From positions 1,426,001-1,490,000 of the forward strand of contig JANJGN010000121.1 of assembly GCA_026770705.1 (NCBI GenBank): DNA of 64,000 nucleotides. Direction: 5' to 3'. Below the pieces are notes generated by a model. That model had not been told where the DNA came from. It saw only the letters and a list, made by a program, of their open reading frames with translations, and did not search any database. The position numbers and the translations under genes were made by a program. Below, piece after piece: positions 24,432 to 34,224 of the stretch. Positions within the stretch are counted from its first letter, which is position 1, and every line of letters begins with the position of its first letter. This DNA comes from Isurus oxyrinchus (lineage: Eukaryota).

Positions 24432-24548
24432 AAGAAAGATGAGAAGGTTCTGGAAATGAAATCTAACCGCGGAGTCAATCCTGATACAGATGATGATCTT
24501 TACGCAAACTGTGAATTTGCTGAGGATTCTGTTTATGGGAATTTATAA
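24432..24548 (+). CDS. Siglec-like gene 1, terminal cytoplasmic exon with tyrosine motifs
   Basis: tttctgtttctattacag acceptor; encodes KKDEKVLEMKSNRGVNPDTDDDLYANCEFAEDSVYGNL*. SVYGNL fits the ITIM consensus S/I/V/LxYxxL/V. Confidence 0.8.
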   Translation, partial: KKDEKVLEMKSNRGVNPDTDDDLYANCEFAEDSVYGNL

Positions 24549-25287
24549 ACTGAGCAAGAATGAGACACACACAGTGTGGGGAGAATACAGAATGGGAGAA
24601 TCATTCAAAACTCCAATTTACCTTCCTAATATCCACAGGAACTCACTCACAGGAAATAGATTTAAACCTCTTGTTACAATCTGATGGAATTTCTTTGGAA
24701 TGATCTATCCAGGATGGTTGTCTGTGGGTTTCAATTCGAACATCCTCCTTCAGAATTGTCCCTCCCTGTTGGAAACATCCTTCTCTCCATTCTGATTGTA
24801 AATGTCTTTAGATATCGTTCGATGATGTACCAGGACAGAACGGACAAATTCAATCCCGTGTCCGTGATTAAGAGTTAATTTTCATTCTGTTATTCACCTT
24901 CCTGTCTGTCAGTGTTTACAGAATATTCATCAGCCAGTGTAGATTTCAGGAAATGCAGGATAATTGGAGCAGAGAAGATAGGAATAATTTACTCAGCATT
25001 TTACAGTCAAACTTATTTTCAGATATTTGGATTTTATATTTCATTATTAAATAGCGAAACTAACAACAATCTGGGAAACAGGGAAACAGAGTTGCTTGTA
25101 GAATTGGGAAATTCTCTCCAACACAAAGGAAAACCGAAGACCTAGAGTGCCACCACTGGTGGGAGGACATCAGTACAGCGTGACGTGTTTACATTGTAAT
25201 TGTGGACAGAGGAAATTATGCTGTACGTTTTTCAATACATCATAGATGGATGAAACACAATGTGATTACAGAACAAGCTAAAGCTAC

Positions 25288-25293
25288 AATAAA
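25288..25293 (+). terminator. Candidate polyadenylation signal of Siglec-like gene 1
   Basis: AATAAA about 740 bp after the stop in AT-rich unique sequence; ATTAAA at 25046 is an alternative. Confidence 0.4.
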
Positions 25294-25594
25294 CAACCAT
25301 TTTAGTCTCTCAGTCTCTGAAAGTGCATTTAGCATTCATCCTGATGGCTGAGTGGTTGGGTGGACTGTGCTGTGTGTTACAGATTACAGAGACCAACATC
25401 CTAGATCCAGGTTCAGCTCTGTGTTTGATTAAAAGATCCCAACCAAATTTGTAGAACAAAGATTGGGAAAATAAGTAATTCACCAGCATTAATCTGTAAT
25501 TGATTAATCTCCCTCTGTTAATCATTTGAGGACAGGATTGGGTTTGAGGGTGTTACCCTCCAGAATCATACACATCCATTGATTGCCCATTGAA

Positions 25595-26365
25595 TAGGAA
25601 CAGGAGGCCATTTAGCCCCCTTGAGTCTGTTACACAGGAACAGCAGTAGGTCCATTCAGCCCCTTTGATGCTGTTACAAAGTTACAGGAGGAGGCCATTC
25701 AGCCCCCTCGAGTCTGTTAAACAGTAACAGGAAGAGGCCTTTTCAGTCCCCTTGAACCTGTTACAAAGGTACAGGGGGAGGCCCATTCAGCCCCCTCAAG
25801 TCTGTTACACAGGAACAGTAGGAGGCCCATTCAGCCCCCTCGAGCCTGTTACACTTGAACAGGAGGAGGCCCATTCAGCCCCCTCGAGTCTGTTACACAG
25901 TAACAGGAGGAGGCCCATTCAGCCCCCTCGAGTCTGTTACACAGTAACAGGAGGAGGCCCATTCAGCCCCCTCGAGTCTGTTACACAGTAACAGGAGGAG
26001 GCCTTTTCAGTCCCCTTGAACCTGTTACAAAGGTACAGGAGGAGGCCCATTCAGCCCCCTCAAGTCTGTTACACAGGAACAGGAGGAGGCCCATTCAGCC
26101 CCCTCGAGTCTGTTACACAGTAACAGGAGGAGGCCCATCAGCCCCCTCGAGCCTATTACACAGTAACAGGAAGAGGTCATTCAGTCCCCTCGAGGCTGTT
26201 ATACAGGAACAGGACGAGGCCCATTCAGTCACCCAGGTGCCTGTTACACAGGAACAGGAAGTGGCCCATTCAACCACCTAGCTGCCTGTTACACCGGTAC
26301 AGGAAGAGGCCCATTCAGCCCCCTTGAATCTGTTACACAGGAACAGGAGAAGGCCATTCAACCAC
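25595..26365 (+). repeat. ~44-bp minisatellite (GAGCCTGTTACACAGGAACAGGAGGAGGCCCATTCAGCCCCCTC)n
   Basis: Tandem copies; same family as 54795-55770. Confidence 0.9.
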
Positions 26366-27025
26366 AGCCTTGGCACCAAAGGGGTTACCAGTTTGCTTAT
26401 GGTGCAAGACAAAGTGTTGGTTTCTCACATTCACACCAACCACCTCACATTTTGATTCACAGTGACACATCAACCCTTTCTAATTAAATACACAGAGGGA
26501 GCAGCACAGGAAGAGGTCATTCAGCCCAAGCAGAGCGTGTGGGCAGTTCCTCCACAGGCGAGCAGTCGGTCCTGGGTAAGTAACAGAACGATTGGAATTC
26601 ACTTCCACAACCAACACCGTCCTTTGTTGATGTTGTGACTTTATAAAGTCAGATTCCAATGCTTGATGGCTTTGAAAGATTTCTACTGATTATTGAGATC
26701 TGGGTGTGAGGCTCAAGTTTGTTGTACAGAACATCTTTCTAGCTCAAGGGATGAGGTAAGTGCAGAGACACGAGCTTTGGGACATCCTGAGGTGGTGAAA
26801 GGCGCAATGGAAATGCAAGTCCTTCATTGTTTTTCTTTCTTAAAGCCTTGTGAAACTCTGCAGAGCACCTATCATCCCACAGAGAATCAAATTAGTCTGT
26901 GAAGACATTGTCTAAAAGCAGTTCCGATCTCTCGACAGCTGTCGGACAAGAGGTGAGGTCTCATTAACTCCTTTCTCTTTCACAGCTTGAGAGTGAGAAG
27001 TGGATGGAATATCTGGGAGTGGACA

Positions 27026-27065
27026 ATGATCGGGAAATCTTACTTCCTCCTGTCACTTCTCCAAG
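27026..27065 (+). CDS. Siglec-like gene 2, leader (signal peptide) exon
   Basis: acaATG ATC GGG AAA TCT TAC TTC CTC CTG TCA CTT CTC CAA G|GTAAT, with an upstream acceptor ctttcacag at 26985. Joins either V exon in phase 1 to give MIGKSYFLLSLLQVGLSQ|EW. Confidence 0.75.
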
Positions 27066-27903
27066 GTAATATCACCATCAGCTCAGACAGATTTATGGTT
27101 AATAGTCTTTGTAAAAGATCATTCTTATTGAGCTGTGATTGGGAACCGATTCAGCAGTGACCCAGTGTACAGACTCACAACAAGTCCCATTCACCCATCA
27201 CCCCTGTGCTCACTGATATACACTGACTCCCTGTCTGGCAGCAGAATTGGAGGAGAGCAGAGATCTCAGAGGGCTGCAGGGGCTGGAGGAGGTTACAGAG
27301 ATAGGGAGGGTAGAGGGGGTTTAAGGGATTGGAATTGAGGATGAGGATCTTAAAATCGAGGTGTTGCTTGACTGGGAGCCTATGTAGGTCAGCGTGAATG
27401 GGGGTGGGTGGTAAAAGGTTGAGTAGAAAATCAGGAATAAAAACTGGGGATGAAGTCTATCCCGATGCTAGGAATCCGATAGCCATATACTGAAATTTGT
27501 GTCTTTTGCTGATTTTAGTCAGAATTTCTCATGAAGACAACACAGCAGCTCCTAGAATAGACAGGCTGTTCAGTGTCACAATTCCTGTCCATTCTCACCA
27601 TGATAGCAACTTCGATAAGGGAGCAAGATAACTGAAAGAGAGAAGGAAGGTAAAGCTGTCCGTGTGTAAAGGTGTCAATATTCAGTTTGCATATTTGTCT
27701 TTCTCTCGACACATGCAGAGCTCAGGCTAGAGGCGCTTTGTTAGTGTGTTTCACAGTGTCTGCTGGAGTAGGGTCAGTGCTGAGCTTGGGGACAAGTCAG
27801 TCTACAATGCTGCATCGGAATCAACAATACAACAATATGGGGTTTGGATCAGAAATAATCCCTTAGACAATGAGGATCCAAAGAGATTCCATAGACAATG
27901 AGG

Positions 27904-29414
27904 TTCCAATCTCCACCCCTCCATCATTTTCACGTGGTCCATCTCTGACACTTCCCTTCCCTTCCTTGACCTCTCTGTCTCAATCTCTGGTGATAGACTG
28001 TCCACCAATATCCATTACAAACCCACCGACTCCCACAGCTACCTCGACTACAGCTCCTCACACCCCGCTTCCTGTAAAGACTCCATCCCATTCTCCCAGT
28101 TCCTTCGCCTTCGTCGCATCTGTTCCGATGATGCTACCTTCAAAAACGGTTCCTCTGACATGTCCTCCTTCTTCCTTAACCGAGGTTTTCCACCCACGGT
28201 CATTGACAGGGCCCTCAACCGTGTCCGGCCCATCTCCCACACATCCGCCCTCACGCCTTCTCCTCCCTCCCAGACACATGATAGGGTCCCCCTTATCCTC
28301 ACTTATCACCCCACCAGCCTCCGCATTCAAAGGATCATCTCCGCCATTTCCGCCAACTCCAGCATGATGCCACCACCAAACACATCTTCCCTTCACCCCA
28401 CTTATCGGCATTCCGTAGGGATCGCTCCCTCTGGGACACCCTGGTCCACTCCTCCATCACCCCCTACTCCTCAACCCCCTCCTATGGCACCACCCCATGC
28501 CCACGCAAAAGATGTAACACCTGCCCCTTCACTTCCTCTCTCCTCACCGTCCAAGGGCCCAAACACTCCTTTCAAGTGAAGCAGCATTTCACTTGCATTT
28601 CCCCCAACTTAGTCTACTGCATTCATTGCTCCCAATGTGGTCTCCTCTACATTGGAGAGACCAAACGTAAACTGGGCGACCACTTTGCAGAACACCTGCG
28701 GTCTGTCCGCAAGAATGACCCAAACCTCCCTGTCGCTTGCCATTTTAACACTCCACCCTGCTCTCTTGCCCACATGTCTGTCCTTGGCTTGCTGCATTGT
28801 TCCAGTGAAGCCCAGCGCAAACTGGAGGAACAACACCTCGTCTTCCGACAAGGCACCTTACAGCCTTCCGGACTGAATATTGAATTCAACAACTTTAGGT
28901 CGTGAGCTCCCTCCCCCATCCCCACCCCATTTCTGTTTCCCCCTTTCTTTTTTTTCCAATAAATTATATAGATTTTTCTTTTCCCACCTATTTCCATTAT
29001 TTTTAAATATTTTAAAATCTTTTATGCTCTCCCCACCCCCATTAGAGCTATACCTTGAGTGCCCTACCATCCATTCTTAATTAGCACATTCGTTTAGATA
29101 ATATCACCAACTTTAACTTTAACACCTATGTGTTCTATTGTACCATTGTCGTTGACATCTTTTGATGATCTGCTTCTATCACTGTTTGTTTGTCCATATA
29201 ACCACACCCCCAACCACCCCCCCAACCACCCCCCCAGCAACCTCTCTCTCTCCACCCACCACACACACACCTTAAACCAGCTTATATTTCAACTTTTTCT
29301 TGGACTCGAACTCAAGTTCTGTCGAAGGGTCATGAGGACTCGAAACGTCAACTCTTTTCTTCTCCGCCGATGCTGCCAGACCTGTTGAGTTTTTCCAGGT
29401 AATTCTGTTTTTGT
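27904..29414 (+). mobile_element. 5'-truncated Penelope-like retroelement (RT C-terminus plus GIY-YIG endonuclease)
   Basis: FTCISPNLVYCIHCSQCGLLYIGETKRKLGDHFAEH...GLN is the PLE GIY-YIG domain; one frameshift near 28340. A hammerhead-like motif lies at 29315-29353, and the element is flanked by the direct repeat TGAGG(ATCCAAAGAGATTC). Confidence 0.85.
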
Positions 29415-29881
29415 TGAGGATCCAAAGAGATTCTTTAGAGAATGAAGATTACAAAATGCACTAATTATATTGAATCAGATTAGCCAATCAGCTGTGCTGA
29501 AGAGCAGACAGGAATGTTAGGCTAATTAGTGATTCATGACGGTGATAATGGGGGGAGTTCTGAGGGCTCCTAATCCATTGTCCTGTCTTGTAAATCAGCA
29601 CTGAATGGATCTCAATTGGTGCATCTTGTAGACACTGTGTTGGGTGGAAGACTGGCTTCACTAAACTGGGTCCTGAGGACCATGAGCCAATGTAGAATGA
29701 ACTTGTCCACTCCTGTGTCCAGGATTCACTTCCATCCATTCTGAAACCTTGGGGAGTTCCTTGTGTGTCCTGCAGATGGTCCACACTGCAGCCACTGTGC
29801 CCCAGTGATGGAGGGAGTGGATATCGAGTGTAGTGGATCGAAAAAACATCCACAGTTAAATATTGAGATTTCTCTCCCCAG

Positions 29882-30250
29882 TTGGACTGTCACAAGAGTG
29901 GAAGGGTGACACGCCACAAGAGGTGATAGCGCAGGAAGGTTCGTGTGTACAGATTCCATGTCATTACAGTTATCTATCAGAGTTGGAAAACCAACTGCGA
30001 GCTAGAGTCTGGTTTAATAATGAGAAACAGATTCCCTGGGCTCCCATAGCCTTTCACTCCAAGGATCACAGTCACGAGTTACCACGGTTCCGGCATCAGC
30101 CCCGGCTGTCTGGAGACCTGAAAGATGGCGACTGTTCCCTGATTATAACCAACATCAGACGGGAAGATGCAGGACCTTATTTTTTCAGAATAGAATTTGA
30201 CATCAGGAACAGTTACAGCTACTATCCTGTAACCCAGCTTCACGTTTCTG
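29882..30250 (+). CDS. Siglec-like gene 2, V-set exon V1
   Basis: ctctccccag acceptor, GTAAGT donor, 369 bp, phase 1-1. Siglec V-set hallmarks: GSCVQIPC, GDL..GDCSL.I.NI..EDAG.YFFR (essential Arg), Phe instead of the F-strand Cys, and G-strand aromatic YSY. Confidence 0.92.
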
Positions 30251-31051
30251 GTAAGTGCTGCGTTATAATTACTACTCCAACGCACTCCTGGCTGGTCTCG
30301 CACATTCTACCCTCTGTAAACTTGGGGTCATCTTAAACTCTGCAGCCCCTGTCTTAACCAGCAGTAACTCCCATTCCCTTATCCCCCCTGTACTCTCTGA
30401 CCTTGAATGGCTCCTGGTCAAGGAGCCAATGATTTCATGATTTTAAAATGCTTGTCCTTGCTTCCTCTCTATCTCTGTAATCTCTTCCTGTGCGACAGCC
30501 TTCCCAGATTTCTGCACTCCTCTACCTCTGGACTCTTCAGCATCCCTGATTTCCATCGCTCCAGCATGGACGGCCAAGCCTTCAGTAGCCTGGGTCCTGA
30601 GACTTAAATCCTTTCATCTTTCTATCTCCTCCTTTAAGGTGCTCCTTAAAACCCACCTCTTCAACCAAGATTCTGATCACCAGACCTAATATCTCCTTAT
30701 ATGGTGTGGGACGATACTTTGTATTATAATGCTCCTGTGTAGCACCTTGTGATGTTTTATTACAATATAATCTATTGTTCTATGCTCCTCTAGACCATTT
30801 ATATTCTTAATTTCAAGGTATTATGCAACCTCCTTATTTTCCTGACCAAAATATAATACCTCACATGTATTAATGTTGAAATTAATTTGTCAATTAACTG
30901 CCCATTCTGCAAGTTTATTAATATCTTCCTGCAAATTTGTTGCAGTCCTCCCTATTATTGACCATCCCCCCAATTCAGCCACATCTGTAAATATCGGGTT
31001 CAGTGGATCTACAAACCATCCAGAGTTAAATATTGATATTTCTCTCCCCAG

Positions 31052-31420
31052 TTGGACTGTCACAAGAGTGGAAAGGTGACACTCCACGAGAGGTGACAGC
31101 GCAGGAAGGTTCGTGTGTACAGATTCCATGTCATTACAGTTATCCATCGTGTCTGGAAAACCAACCGCGAGGTGGAGTCTGGTTTAATAATGAGAAACAG
31201 ATTCCCTGGGCTCCCATTGCCTTTCACTCGAAGGATCACAGTCACGAGTTACCACGGTTCCGCCATCGGACCCGGCTGTCTGGAGACCTGAAAGATGGCG
31301 ACTGTTCCCTGATTATAAACAACATCAGACGGGAAGATGCAGGACCTTATTTTTTCAGAATAGAATTTGACAATGGTTCGAGCTATAACTATTATCCTGT
31401 AACCCAGCTTCACTTTTCTG
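31052..31420 (+). CDS. Siglec-like gene 2, duplicated V-set exon V2
   Basis: Same acceptor, GTACGT donor, 369 bp, intact. 15 of 123 residues differ from V1 and YFFR is retained. Confidence 0.92.
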
Positions 31421-32122
31421 GTACGTGCTGTGTTATAATTACTCAACAATTCACATTCAACACTCAATGGGAAATAACACAAACTGTGACGTTTACATAT
31501 TAACACAAAACACAGTTTATTATAACACACTGTCTGATTCTCAATAACCTGGTGATAGCTTCCAGTTCAGTCCTAAAGCAACCTCTAATACTCACTTAAA
31601 TATCAATGATTAAATGTACTGACTGTGTCCATCAATGTTATCAACTCCCATCGATCTCTCTAATCCTCTTTTAAACGAAAGACTTGCATTTCTATAGCGC
31701 CGTTCACCACCTCAACACGTCTCTTGCATGTTCACAGCCAATGAAATATTTCCTGAGTTGTCGTTATCGTTGTCATGTCAGAAACACAGCTGACAATTAA
31801 TGCACAGAAAGATCCCACAGACTGCAATAACATAAATAACCCAGATCACTGAGACAATGGCCAGAGGGTGCACTCCAAACTCTGGTCTGCTCCACCACCC
31901 TCACCCACTATTATCAGTTCAAGTTTCTCGGAGTGAACATGTATTAAGCTGAGAGACAGAAACACCAAAGTCTCAAAGCAGGAAATTCTCTCCTGATCAT
32001 TGTAATCTCTCAGTTCTGATATCATCCTTGTAAAAGTGCTTTCTCTTGTGGGACTGTGATTTCTATTTGAACTGATGCTTCACGTTATATTTCTCTAAAA
32101 GGATCCATTCTCTGTCTGTTAG

Positions 32123-32478
32123 ATTTCACAGATAAACCCACGATATTCCCTGCTGAAATTATTGCAGGAAAGCATGTGGATGTAAGCTGCACCTTCAACA
32201 CAACGTGCAATGGAACAGCAGCACCTGTCTTAACCTGGGACACTCCCACTGACGTACCTGGATCAGTCTCAAACACTGTAACTCAGCATGGTGTCACTCT
32301 GACCTATACTTCTGTTCTGACCCTGATCCCATCACTCAAACACCACGGACACACTCTCAGCTGCAGAGTTAGATATCCATCTGTTTCATCGGAGCGGACC
32401 CTCGTACTAACTGTGCAACAGAAGTACAGACATCCTTCATTCTACATCAGCGACAGTCCGGTACTCCCCCGGTACTGA
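32123..32478 (+). CDS. Siglec-like gene 2, C2-set domain-2 exon reading through to a stop
   Basis: tctgttag acceptor. DFTDKPTIFPAEIIAGKHVDVSCTFNTTCNGTAAPVLTW resembles MAG domain 2 (P.EVVAG..V.VSC.....C...P.L.W). The expected donor after LTVQ reads AGAAGT (32420-32425), and the frame runs on to TGA at 32476-32478. Confidence 0.8.
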
Positions 32479-32885
32479 TCTCTAACAATGCAGCACTCCC
32501 TCAGTACTGATCTCCAACAATGCAGCGCTCCCCAGATACCGATCTCCAACAGTGCAGCACTCCCTCAGTACTGATCTCCGACAGTGCAGCACTCCCTCAG
32601 TACTGACCCTCCAACAGTGCAGCACTCCCTCAGTACTGATCTCCGACAGTGCAGCACTCCCTCAGTACTGACCCTCTGACAGTGCAGCACTCCCTCAGTA
32701 CTGATCTCCGACAGTGCAGCACTCCCTCAGTACTGACCCTCTGACAGTGCAGCACTCCCCCAGTACTGATCTCCGACAGTGCAGCACTCCCTCAGTACTG
32801 ACCCTCCAACAGTGCAGCACTCCCCCAGTACTGAGCCTCTGACAGTGCAGCACTCCCTCAGTCATAATCCTCCGACAGTGCAGAG
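32470..32885 (-). repeat. 32/33-bp minisatellite (same family as 16365-17052, inverted)
   Basis: (CAGTGCAGCACTCCCTCAGTACTGACCCTCCGA)n. Confidence 0.9.
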
Positions 32886-32899
32886 TTCCTTCTGGGAAA

Positions 32900-34000
32900 G
32901 GCAGTGGTGTAGTCGCTGGATGAGTAATCCAGAGTCCTGGGGTAATCTGCTGGGGACCTTGGTTCAAATCCCATCACGGCAAATGGTGAAATTTGAATTC
33001 AATAAAAAAAAACCTGCTGATAACTACTGTCCTAAAAACCTCTCTAGTTTCACTAATGCCCTTTAAAGAAGGAAATCTGCTGTCCTTACCTGGTTTGGCC
33101 TGCATGCGACACCGGGCCCACAGCGATGTGGTTGACACTGAACTCGCCCTCCGAAATGGCTGAGCAAGCCGCTCAGTTGTGTTACAAAGGAATGAAACCA
33201 GATGGACCACCCAATGTCAACCAAGGCACTGGAAACGAAAACGGCAATCTCAACCCTGTCGACCCTGCAAAGCCCTCCTTACTAGTCCTCCTCACTAACT
33301 TCGATGGGAGAGCTAGTCAAGCAACAGCCTGACATAGTCATCCTTACAGGTAATGTCCCAGGCACCACCATCACCATCCCTGGGTATGTCTTGTCCCACT
33401 GCCCAGCAGAGGTGGCAGCAGAGGGAGTTGCCCTGGGAGCCCTCCTCATCAACTCCAGATCCCAGGAAGTCTCATGCCATCAGGTTACACATGGGCAAGG
33501 AAACCTCCTGCTGATTACCACGTACCGGCCTCCCTCAGCTCATGAACCCGTGCTCCTCCATGTTGATCAGCGTTTGGAGGAAGCACTGAGGGTGGTAAAG
33601 GTGCAGAATCTACTTTAGGTGGGGGGATTCAATGCCCATCACCAAGAGTGGCTCCTTGGCGCCTCTGAGGATCCAGAGATTCCTTAGACAATGGGGATCC
33701 AACAGCATCTTCCTAAATCGCGACCTCTACCACCTAGAAGGACAAGGGCAGCAGACACATGGGAACACCACCACCTGGAAGTTTCCCTTCAAGTCACTCA
33801 CCATCCTGACTTGGAAATATATCACCGTTCCTTCACTGTCGCTGAGTCAAAATCCTGGAACTCCCTCCCTAACAGCACTGTGGGTGTACCTACACTACAG
33901 GGACTGCAGCGGGTCAAGAAGGCAGCTCACCACCCCCTTCTCAAGGGCAATTATGGAACAATAAATGCTGGCCCAGCAAGCGACACCCTCATCAAGAGCT
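32900..34000 (+). mobile_element. SINE plus internally deleted L2/CR1-clade LINE (endonuclease fragment and 3' tail)
   Basis: LVKQQPDIVILT...ITIPGY...LLITTYRPP...GDFN-like APE endonuclease motifs, followed by the same 3' tail as 57180-57470. Confidence 0.7.
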
Positions 34001-34224
34001 TGACGAAAAAATGGTTCTTGATCCTCATTTCCTCTACTTCAATGCAAGTGGCTAGTCATCTCACTCAGTTTCTTATTGTCAGGAATATCAGTTCTGCTTG
34101 TGTTGTACAGATCCGCTGATGCTTTATTGCTTCGCAAATATCTATCATCTTTCAGTAACAAATTAAGGAACCAATGATCATGCAAGAGAAACTATGAGGG
34201 AGCTGACATCAGTATGAGAGTAGC

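Noticed and set aside
26570-26762. Possible 5'UTR exon donors (GTAAGT at about 26576 and 26756) for Siglec gene 2
   Set aside because: Plausible, but they cannot be told apart or supported without transcript data.
27004-27065. Upstream ATG (MEYLGVDNDREILLPPVTSP) as the start of Siglec gene 2
   Set aside because: It is out of frame with the V exons after splicing, stops early and has no signal-peptide character; at most it is a uORF.
29882-31420. V exons as rearranging Ig, TCR or IgNAR V segments
   Set aside because: They end in splice donors rather than heptamer-nonamer RSS and have Siglec features: the CVxIPC pair, E-strand DCSL, and YFFR instead of YYC.
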